Shown here: one piece after another, positions 1-7,230 of the stretch
Numbering within the stretch: position 1 is the first letter of the stretch
How the letters are laid out: the number at the start of each line of letters is the position of its first letter
Source: an archaeon
GTDB taxonomy: Archaea; Nanobdellota; Nanobdellia; Pacearchaeales; GW2011-AR1
Direction: 5' to 3'
Assembly (NCBI GenBank): GCA_030699005.1
Contig: JAUYLQ010000018.1
Span: forward strand, 1-41,272
Length of the DNA: 41,272 nt
Position numbers and translations under genes: made by a program
Notes under the pieces: generated by a model
What the model was told of the DNA's origin: nothing
Database searches by the model: none
Seen by the model: only the letters and a program-made list of their open reading frames with translations

Positions 1-2
1 TG

Positions 3-614
3 ATGTGGAAGGGGTTTTACAGCTTGCAAAAAACCGGGCCTATCAAAAAAAAATTGCATACAAATGTGGGGGTTCATGAAAGAGTTGCAAAAAAACTTCA
101 TTTTCTTATAGACCAATATTTTGATTATCTCGATACAGACTATTCTTTATCAGTCGAAGGCAAAATAAGTGAATCAAAATTAATGGAAAACTTGTCTAGG
201 AAATTTAATTATCCTAAAAAAAGTTTAAAAAAGTTTTACATAGATTCTTATAAAAAGATGTACGGGAAGAACAGGTTTCTTATAAAATTTGCAAAGAAGT
301 TAAAAAATAAAGGATTCAGGATTGCAATTCTTTCAGACCAGTGGCATTTATCCAATCCGGCTTTAATCCCAAAAAAATTTCATAAAATTTTTAGTCCAGT
401 TTTAGTTTCATGTTCGGTTGGAGTAAGAAAGCCTGATCCAAGGATTTATAAAATTCTAATTAAAAAATTAAAAGTGAGACCCGAGGAAATTCTTTTTATT
501 GATGACCGGCCGTGGAATTTGGATCCTGCAAGGAAACTTAGAATTAAGACTCTTGCTTTCACTGGCAATGAAAATTTTGAAAAGCAAATAAAAAAATTTG
601 GATTAAAAATATAA
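3..614 (+). CDS. HAD-superfamily hydrolase (IA-like), 5' end cut by the window edge
   Basis: The ORF is open at the window start. HAD motifs II-IV are visible ('IAILSDQ', 'RKPDPRIY', 'LFIDDRPWN'). Motif I (DxD) is not in the window. Confidence 0.65.
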   Translation: MWKGFYSLQKTGPIKKKLHTNVGVHERVAKKLHFLIDQYFDYLDTDYSLSVEGKISESKLMENLSRKFNYPKKSLKKFYIDSYKKMYGKNRFLIKFAKKLKNKGFRIAILSDQWHLSNPALIPKKFHKIFSPVLVSCSVGVRKPDPRIYKILIKKLKVRPEEILFIDDRPWNLDPARKLRIKTLAFTGNENFEKQIKKFGLKI

Positions 615-618
615 ATCT

Positions 619-1449
619 ATGAATAAAGAGGATTTTTTAAAAAAAATTGAAATAGAGCTCAAAATTTCCAAAAATTCAGTGTATACTATAAAAAATTACC
701 TTAAATCAAATAAGACACTTCTTGAATTCACAAAGAAAAAACCGGAAGAAGTGAATGAAGACGACGTAAAGGAGTATATTGCCGAAAATTTATCTGAGCG
801 CTCCGCAATTTCAATTATAATGTTTCTTGCCGCCGTAAAATTTGCGTATTCCTCAATTTTGAAAAAAGATTTAACCGCAAACATAAAAAGACCAAAAAGA
901 GAAAAGAAAATTCCGACAGTTTTAACCAAAAAAGAGGTGAAAAGCCTTTTTGATGCTTTAATCTCAAAAAAGTCCAGGCTCATGGTTTCTTTGATGTATG
1001 CGGCGGGTTTGAGAGTTTCAGAACTCTCTTACCTTAAAGTTGAAAATTTGAACTTTGAGGAGAAAATAGGGATGATAAAACAGGCAAAGGGCAAAAAGGA
1101 CAGGACTTTTAATATTCCAACATTTCTTTTTTTAAAATTAAAAAAACAGGTGGAAAGGCAAAAGAAAGTGGGAGAAGTTTACCTTTTTTCGGGAAGAAAT
1201 GGAAAGAAGATGTCTGAAAGAAATCTACAAAAGATTGTAAGAAATGCTGGAATAAAAGCTGAAATAAAAAAAGAGGTTCACTGTCACACTCTTAGGCACT
1301 CTTTTGCAACACATCTTTTAGAAAATGGCACTGACATCCGGCATATACAGGTTCTTCTGGGGCACTCGGACCTTAGTACCACTCAGATATATGCCCATGT
1401 TTCCAACGAAGAAATAAAGAAAATAAAAAGTCCGATTGATACATTATAA
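619..1449 (+). CDS. xerA: Tyrosine recombinase, archaeal XerA/XerCD-like
   Basis: C-terminal catalytic box 'AGLRVSEL...HTLRHSFATHLLENGTDIRHIQVLLGHSDLSTTQIYAHV' fits the R..HxxR..H..Y pattern. An N-terminal core-binding-like region is present. Confidence 0.8.
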   Translation: MNKEDFLKKIEIELKISKNSVYTIKNYLKSNKTLLEFTKKKPEEVNEDDVKEYIAENLSERSAISIIMFLAAVKFAYSSILKKDLTANIKRPKREKKIPTVLTKKEVKSLFDALISKKSRLMVSLMYAAGLRVSELSYLKVENLNFEEKIGMIKQAKGKKDRTFNIPTFLFLKLKKQVERQKKVGEVYLFSGRNGKKMSERNLQKIVRNAGIKAEIKKEVHCHTLRHSFATHLLENGTDIRHIQVLLGHSDLSTTQIYAHVSNEEIKKIKSPIDTL

Positions 1450-1450
1450 A

Positions 1451-1873
1451 ATGAATGAAATAGGAGAACTGAAGAAAGAGAATGAAAAGTTAAGAAGCGA
1501 ACTTGAAAAATTAAAGTCTGAGAAAGAAAGGCATAAGAGGGGGATGGCAAAAAAAGCAGGTGAAGGGGGAATCGTGGCAAGACCCCCGTTTGGTTACAAG
1601 GTTGTCGACGGAAAATTGGTAAAGGCAGAAAATTCTCAGGTTGTTGAAAATATCTTTCTTGAGTTTCAAGGTAATGAGGTAAGTTTAAACAAGTTGGGAA
1701 AAAAGTATGGATTTTCTGTAAATGGGATAAAAAAAATTCTTAAGAATTTCTCATATCTTGGAAAGGTAAAGTTTGCAGGAGTCGTATATAATGGAACTCA
1801 TGAGCCAATTGTTTCCTCCACGCTTTTTAATCATGTCCAGGATAAACTGGAAAGGTTGGGAATAAAAAGTTAA
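1451..1873 (+). CDS. Stand-alone 'Recombinase' domain protein (central domain of large serine recombinases) with an N-terminal coiled coil and no resolvase catalytic domain
   Basis: 'PPFGYKVVDGKLVKAENSQVVENIF..LNKLGKKYGFSVNGIKKILKNFSYLGKV..GTHEPIVSSTLFNHVQDKL' follows the pattern of the domain after the catalytic domain of large serine recombinases. The ATG at 1451 lies 1 nt after the xerA-like stop. The track start at 1436 is a TTG. Confidence 0.5.
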   Translation: MNEIGELKKENEKLRSELEKLKSEKERHKRGMAKKAGEGGIVARPPFGYKVVDGKLVKAENSQVVENIFLEFQGNEVSLNKLGKKYGFSVNGIKKILKNFSYLGKVKFAGVVYNGTHEPIVSSTLFNHVQDKLERLGIKS

Positions 1874-2284
1874 TTATCTGTAACTTGTCTGTCTTTTTGC
1901 CCTTGCTTTAGAATCTCCAGGTTTTCTTGTTTCTTTACGCCTGACGTCTGCTACAAGGAGGTTTCTGTCATACTCAAGGTAAGCTCTTTTCAATTCATCA
2001 GACTTTGAAAATTCAACGATTGCTTTTGCAATTGAAAGCCTTGCCGCTTCAATTTGGCCTTTTTCTCCTCCGCCTCGCACATTTGCTTCAATATCAAAGT
2101 TTATTTTTCCAAGAATCTTTTCAGCAATTCTTATTGGTTCCTCAATACTTAATCGATTTAAGATTTCAAGATTCTTATAGTTTTTTCCATTCACAGTAAT
2201 TTTTCCGTCGCCTTCATATAAAACCGCTCTTGCAACTGCAGACTTTCTTTTTCCTGATGAGTGAATTTTTAATTTTTCTGCCAT
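1874..2284 (-). CDS. rps9: 30S ribosomal protein uS9
   Basis: 'GKRKSAVARAVL..RGGGEKGQIEAARLSIAKAIV..KARAKRQTSYR'. Conserved order after uL13. Confidence 0.93.
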   Translation of the reverse strand: MAEKLKIHSSGKRKSAVARAVLYEGDGKITVNGKNYKNLEILNRLSIEEPIRIAEKILGKINFDIEANVRGGGEKGQIEAARLSIAKAIVEFSKSDELKRAYLEYDRNLLVADVRRKETRKPGDSKARAKRQTSYR

Positions 2285-2285
2285 T

Positions 2286-2690
2286 TTAATTTAATTTATT
2301 TTTTGTGAAATTTTTAACTTCTGAATATTTCTTTTTTTTGTCTTCTGAAATTTTTAGGGCTTTTGAACTTTCCAGTTCTTTTGGAACTTTCGAATAGCAT
2401 CTTATCTTTTGGAATGCAATTTTTCCACGACCCATCCTCGCATCTGGAAGCATGCCCCTTATCGTTCTTTTTACGATTTTTTCGCTTGTTGCATGGTGTT
2501 TCGGACCTTTTTGGCCACTTCCAACTCTTCCTCTTTGTTCTTCAAAATCCCTTTTTATTGATTCAAAGTTTCCTGTAATTATTACATTCTCACAGTTTAT
2601 GATGGAAATCTCTTCGCCTTTCAAGGATTCCTTTGCCGCATAACTTGCAAGTCTTCCAAGAGTGGCTCCAGCTCCGTCTATTACCTTCAT
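2286..2690 (-). CDS. rpl13: 50S ribosomal protein uL13
   Basis: 'MKVIDGAGATLGRLASYAAKESLKGEEISIINCENVIITG'. Lies between eL18 and uS9. Confidence 0.93.
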   Translation of the reverse strand: MKVIDGAGATLGRLASYAAKESLKGEEISIINCENVIITGNFESIKRDFEEQRGRVGSGQKGPKHHATSEKIVKRTIRGMLPDARMGRGKIAFQKIRCYSKVPKELESSKALKISEDKKKKYSEVKNFTKNKLN

Positions 2691-3049
2691 TTGATTATTT
2701 TTACCTCTTTTGCGTCTTTATTCTTTTCTATTTCTTCTGACAATTTTTTTACCTCACACCCGGCTTTCAGCAGCTTTTCCTTAGCTTTTTCTGAAAAAGA
2801 AAGTGCCACGACTTTTAGTTTTTTTGGAGCGTCTCCCCCGCTCAAAACTTTTCCGCACACAACAACGGTTCCTGAATATTTTTGAAGCTCACTCAAATTA
2901 ACATCTTTTCTTTTTCTCCTAGGTCCAGTAAGGAGGCTTGCAACTTCAACCCATTTAGGATTCTTATTTGCAAGAAGAATAGTTTCGACTAAAAAGGGAT
3001 TTGTCTTTCTTGTGGCTTGCTTTTTTACTTTGGTTTTTGATTTTATCAT
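2687..3049 (-). CDS. rpl18e: 50S ribosomal protein eL18 (L18e)
   Basis: 'GPRRKRKDVNLSELQKY..VVVCGKVLSGGDAPKKLKVVALSFSEKAKEKLLKAGCEV'. Overlaps rpl13 by 4 nt. Confidence 0.85.
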   Translation of the reverse strand: MIKSKTKVKKQATRKTNPFLVETILLANKNPKWVEVASLLTGPRRKRKDVNLSELQKYSGTVVVCGKVLSGGDAPKKLKVVALSFSEKAKEKLLKAGCEVKKLSEEIEKNKDAKEVKIIK

Positions 3050-3165
3050 TTTTTAAAATAACGAGAAAAAATTTCCCGCTAATGCGCTAAGTTGTCTCAA
3101 CTCGCAGGTAAACTTTCGAGATTAGTTTATTTTATAAATGTTTGTGTTATCTGAATTTTAATTAA

Positions 3166-3277
3166 GTGGATTTGCTGAAGGCTGTTAATATTCTTTGGCT
3201 TACCCGCAAAATAAAAACTGGCGTGGATGTGCCGGATGTCACCAATATTCTTTGGTTCGTCCAGCACTCTCGATAGT
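3166..3277 (+). repeat. Two tandem 55-57 nt units, each carrying a copy of the 5' end of tRNA-Leu(CAA) followed by a CCAA-N6-TTGG hairpin/palindrome
   Basis: The degenerate copy GTGGATTTGCTGAAGG is at 3166. The exact copy GTGGATGTGCCGGA is at 3223-3236. The real tRNA starts at 3278. The hairpins are GTTAA-TATTCT-TTGGC (3184-3199) and ACCAA-TATTCT-TTGGT (3241-3256). Confidence 0.85.
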
Positions 3278-3360
3278 GTGGATGTGCCGGAGTGGTCAAA
3301 CGGGAGGGACTCAAGATCCCTTAGCTTATGCTTACCTAGGTTCGAATCCTAGCATCCACA
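3278..3360 (+). tRNA. tRNA-Leu(CAA), class II with a long variable arm
   Basis: Hand-folded cloverleaf: acceptor GTGGATG/CATCCAC, anticodon stem AGGGA/TCCCT, loop CTCAAGA, variable arm TAGCTTATGCTTAC, T arm CTAGG-TTCGAAT-CCTAG, discriminator A. Confidence 0.9.
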
Positions 3361-3454
3361 TAGAATTTTGATTTGAACCATGTCTTGGTCAATTGAATCC
3401 CGAAAATCTTTTGGCATTATCCTTACAAATTTCAAGATGGCAGTAGTTTGAGCC

Positions 3455-3475
3455 AGCATCCACATAGAATTTTGA
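3455..3475 (+). repeat. Direct repeat of the 3' end of tRNA-Leu(CAA) plus trailer
   Basis: AGCATCCACATAGAATTTTGA occurs at 3351-3371 and again at 3455-3475. The preceding AGTTTGAGCC resembles a decayed T arm (GGTTCGAATCC). Confidence 0.85.
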
Positions 3476-3665
3476 CTTTAAAGTCTTGGGTTTTTCACTC
3501 GCATTCTCGTCCAAAATTTCATTCCTAAAGGGTGTTACTTCTTAAAAAGACCATTACTCCAAAATCTTTAAATTTCCAAAATATCTCTAAATTTTAGAAA
3601 TTGTTACCTTTCTTGAATTACTACCGGAGAGAAAGGTTTATAAGTAACTATTAAGTGGTAAACAA

Positions 3666-4133
3666 ATGGAAAATGAGGTCAAAGATGCAATAAAGAAGGG
3701 TTTTTCAGAGTTGGGACTGGGGAAAAACCATGAAATACCCCTCCTTTCAGAAGATTCCTTCGATGAAATTGGAAAATCAAAAGTTGATGCCTTGAAAAAT
3801 TCAATCGAGGAAATTCATGAGATGATAAGGGGAAGAGAAAGACTAAGCAGAAAAATTCACGATGAAGGTGAAACTCTGAAGTCTGAAATAAAAGGATATT
3901 TGTCTGAAAATGAAAAAATGCAGATTGCGTCTTCAGACCCGACAAGAGAAAAAAATGATTTGCGGCACAAAAAAATAGAGATTTCTGAACTTCAGATGAA
4001 TGAAAAAATAGGGTGCTGGAAAGATGTTGCTCTTTTAAAAAAAGAGCTTAGAGAGTACGAAAGGGAACTTCTTGAAAAGGAAGAACGTCTAAAAATTTTC
4101 AATAAAATTTTGAAGGAGGAAAAATTGAATTAA
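3666..4133 (+). CDS. Hypothetical coiled-coil protein, E/K-rich
   Basis: 155 aa ORF with heptad-like charged sequence. TTTATAA at 3637-3643 lies about 26 nt upstream of the ATG, which suggests a leaderless transcript. It is the first gene of the tightly spaced cassette. Confidence 0.6.
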   Translation: MENEVKDAIKKGFSELGLGKNHEIPLLSEDSFDEIGKSKVDALKNSIEEIHEMIRGRERLSRKIHDEGETLKSEIKGYLSENEKMQIASSDPTREKNDLRHKKIEISELQMNEKIGCWKDVALLKKELREYERELLEKEERLKIFNKILKEEKLN

Positions 4134-4134
4134 A

Positions 4135-4962
4135 ATGTCAAACTTAACTAATTCAGAATTAATGAGGAGATTAGATTGCGGAAACTCAGTAACATCAAAT
4201 GAAGCGGCAGATGAATTAATTGACCGTTACCTTGTTAATAAGTATAAACCATCCCTTGAAAAAGTGTCTGAAAAGGTAGAACCTACAAAGAGAGGGTTGC
4301 CGGAATCCAATTCAAATGTAAAAGTGGGGGTTTTGGAAAATTTAATTTTTGTAACAAATAAAGAACTCTACACAGAAATCGTCGGGTATATGGATAAAAC
4401 TTTTCCTGAATCAAAAAGATATCTTTCGGGGATGCTGGCTTTTGACGATGGAGTAATGAAAGGTTCAAATCCCTATGTTGTCGTAGGAACAGACATGTTT
4501 TTAAGAAAAGTAAATTCAGGGTATAGGGTCGCAACCCAGGCAGACTTAGAAAAGAATTTAGATATGTTTTCAGGGTTTTACGTTGATTCTGGCTTAGCAA
4601 TAAGAGACTCCAGCGTATTAAAAGGACTGAAAATAAGTAATGATAACCTCCCCGTATTTATTAATTTAAGAGGTTTGGAAATAAATAATAATTTCGGGTT
4701 TACGCTCTCTAAAGAATCTTTGATTAAGAGGGCAAAATGTTTAAACTGGACTAATGGAACTCACTTTTCAAAAATAAATGATTATGGGCTTCCTAAAGAA
4801 GAAGATAAATCTTCTAAAAGACAAATTCGGACTGGAAACTCTGCTTTGTCTAGGGTTTACCTCTACGGGGGTGGTTACCTGGATGTCGGGGACGGCGATC
4901 TCGGGGACTCTAGTGACTATGGTCGGGTGGTTCTTGCAAAAGTAAATGGGGGGAAATATTAA
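4135..4962 (+). CDS. Hypothetical protein; distant paralog of the ORF at 35575-36294
   Basis: AAGGAGG lies upstream and the ATG is 1 nt after the previous stop. Shares the motifs 'G.l.F..G...GSNP' and 'GLP....R(T)...LSR..L..GG' with the second ORF. No family recognised. Confidence 0.6.
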   Translation: MSNLTNSELMRRLDCGNSVTSNEAADELIDRYLVNKYKPSLEKVSEKVEPTKRGLPESNSNVKVGVLENLIFVTNKELYTEIVGYMDKTFPESKRYLSGMLAFDDGVMKGSNPYVVVGTDMFLRKVNSGYRVATQADLEKNLDMFSGFYVDSGLAIRDSSVLKGLKISNDNLPVFINLRGLEINNNFGFTLSKESLIKRAKCLNWTNGTHFSKINDYGLPKEEDKSSKRQIRTGNSALSRVYLYGGGYLDVGDGDLGDSSDYGRVVLAKVNGGKY

Positions 4963-4963
4963 A

Positions 4964-6931
4964 ATGAATTCAGGAATATCTGTTGAAGAAATTGCAAGAA
5001 AGTTAAAACCAATACTCGGAAAAAAAATTGATGAGATTTATTTTAGATATATGAATAGTGAAAGCTATGAGGAAAAGGGGGAGATTACCCAGTTTTTAAC
5101 AGCACTTTACCAGAAGCATTTGAATCAACTTTTAGATAAAGATTTTTTACTTGAACCTCCAAAGGAAGAAATTCTTCAAGGGGAATATTCGCTTGCGAAA
5201 GTAAGTTATGCCGGAAAAACTCTTTTTCCATTTTACTTAAGAGAAAAAGACTGGCCAAGGCACGTATGTGTCACAGGTATGAGCGGAAGTGGAAAAACAA
5301 CTTTTGCATTAAATATTTTAAACAAATTTATAGAGAAAGATAAGCCTTTTTTAGTTTTTGACTGGAAAAAAAGTTTTAGGCCTTTAATGAAGATGGACAA
5401 TTCTGTTATGTGTTTTACGGTCGGAAACGAGGGGGTAAGTAACCTATTTAAAACAAACATAAACAGGCCTCCAAAAGGAGTTTCACCTAAAGAGTGGATT
5501 AATACTCTTTGTGATTTACTCACTGAAAGTTTTAATGTTTCATACGGAGTTCATAAGATTCTTCTTGAAACATTAGATGAGACTTTTAGGGGATGGGGAG
5601 TTTACGAAGGCTCTAACCTTTATCCAAACTGGGAGCATGTAAGAAGGATGCTTGAAGTAAAAGCAAGAGATTCCAAGGGAAGGGAAACAGGGTGGTATGA
5701 AAGTGCATTAAGGGTCGCAACCGTTCTCACTTTTGGGGACTTTGGAAAAGTTATAAACTACGACGGAAAAAAGAGCCTTTCAGTAGATGAGTTATTTAAT
5801 AAAAAAGTAGTTTTCGAGTTAAATTCATTGTCAAACATAGAGAAAAAGTTTTTTTGTGAATACATTTTAACTTATATCTACAAATTAAAAAAGGCCGGAA
5901 GTGAAAAAAATAATGGAGATTTCAATCACGCAATTTTAGTTGACGAAGCTCATAACATTTTCTTAAAGAAAAGAACGAGCTTTATGTCAGAATCAGTAAC
6001 GGACATGATTTACCGTGAAATGCGTGAATATGGAACAAGTTTGATTTGTTTGGATCAGCATATTTCAAAATTGAGTGATACAGTCGTGGGAAACAGTGCT
6101 TGTCACGTTGCATTCCAGCAACAGCTTCCAGAAGACGTTGATGAAATAAGTTCATTAATGCAGTTAAAGCAAAAAAAAGAAATTTTTACTCAACTTTCTG
6201 TAGGTTCAGCAATCGTAAAACTTTCAGAAAGGTACACATCCCCGTTTTTAGTGGAAGTTCCATTTACTGATTTAAGAAATGCAACTTTTGAAGACTCAAA
6301 AATAAGAAGCAAGATGGGAGCAGTTATCGAAGGATATGAAATTGAAAAAAATAACCCCGAGTTTAAGAAAGAGTTAATTGGAGAAAGTGAAGAGGAAGCA
6401 ATGAAAAGAGTTGATATCCGCCAAGTAAAAACAAGGAAAAAGGAATTTCAGGAAGTTAGAGAGTTCACAAAAACCCAAAAAGTTTTGTATGACTTTGTTA
6501 TTTCAAAGCAAAAAGAAAATAAAAAATTAAATGAAATTGAAAGGCTTCTTGACTCAGGGATTTCTTCAGGGTATTATACGAAAAAAGATGTGTTAATTGT
6601 AATAAATAAGACTTTAAGTGAGAAATTAAATAAAGGAAATGAAAAGAAAGAAGAAGGTTTAGAAGCTCCATTCATTCCATCCGACTTGTCCAAGGAAGAG
6701 CTTTTGTTTGTAGACTTTCTAAAAAGTTCTCCGAACCATGGCCTGTCAACAGTTGAAATTTACAAAGAACTTGGGTTATCATCAAGAAAAGGAAATGTTG
6801 TAAAAAAGAAACTCACAGAAAAAGGATTAGTAGAAATAGTTGAAGAGAGAAGTCCAAAAGGCTGGAAAAAATTACTAAAATTATCACATTCAAATTCAAA
6901 TAACTTAAACGAAATTTCAACAAACAACTAA
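4964..6931 (+). CDS. HerA/FtsK-superfamily (DUF87/AAA_10-like) P-loop ATPase with a charged linker and a C-terminal winged-helix DNA-binding region
   Basis: Walker A 'VCVTGMSGSGKTT', Walker B 'AILVDEAHNIF', and downstream 'LICLDQH'. The C-terminus 'LFVDFLKSSPNHGLSTVEIYKELGLSSRKGNVVKKKLTEKGLVEIVEE' is wHTH-like. The start at 4964 is preferred because a GGGGGG SD lies 10-16 nt upstream. An alternative ATG is at 4946. Confidence 0.75.
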   Translation: MNSGISVEEIARKLKPILGKKIDEIYFRYMNSESYEEKGEITQFLTALYQKHLNQLLDKDFLLEPPKEEILQGEYSLAKVSYAGKTLFPFYLREKDWPRHVCVTGMSGSGKTTFALNILNKFIEKDKPFLVFDWKKSFRPLMKMDNSVMCFTVGNEGVSNLFKTNINRPPKGVSPKEWINTLCDLLTESFNVSYGVHKILLETLDETFRGWGVYEGSNLYPNWEHVRRMLEVKARDSKGRETGWYESALRVATVLTFGDFGKVINYDGKKSLSVDELFNKKVVFELNSLSNIEKKFFCEYILTYIYKLKKAGSEKNNGDFNHAILVDEAHNIFLKKRTSFMSESVTDMIYREMREYGTSLICLDQHISKLSDTVVGNSACHVAFQQQLPEDVDEISSLMQLKQKKEIFTQLSVGSAIVKLSERYTSPFLVEVPFTDLRNATFEDSKIRSKMGAVIEGYEIEKNNPEFKKELIGESEEEAMKRVDIRQVKTRKKEFQEVREFTKTQKVLYDFVISKQKENKKLNEIERLLDSGISSGYYTKKDVLIVINKTLSEKLNKGNEKKEEGLEAPFIPSDLSKEELLFVDFLKSSPNHGLSTVEIYKELGLSSRKGNVVKKKLTEKGLVEIVEERSPKGWKKLLKLSHSNSNNLNEISTNN

Positions 6932-7013
6932 TAATCGACATTGACTGCATAAAAATAAGGCTTAACAAAATAACCTTAAAAATGTGTCAAAAAAGATTTT
7001 TAGAAAAATGCTT

Positions 7014-7176
7014 GAAATACCTTTAAAGTCGAAAAAGACTTTGAAGAAAAACCCTCGCGGTCGCTCAAAAGACCAAGAGAAATACCTTTGAACAAGAAGT
7101 TCAAAGAATGAAAAATCCTACTTTTAGGTATTTCCCCTTCTGAAATACCCCCGAAATACCCTGAAATTTGGTATTT
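7014..7176. repeat. Iteron/palindrome array built on the 8-mer GAAATACC
   Basis: Direct copies at 7014, 7079, 7142 and 7153. Inverted copies GGTATTTC at 7127-7134 and GGTATTT at 7170-7176. Also inverted repeats AAAGTC/GACTTT (7025-7042) and CTTTGAAC/GTTCAAAG (7086-7106). Confidence 0.85.
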
Positions 7177-7230
7177 AACGACGTTCTTTAGTAATTATTT
7201 TCTTTATTAATTAAATAAAAAGGTTTGCAA

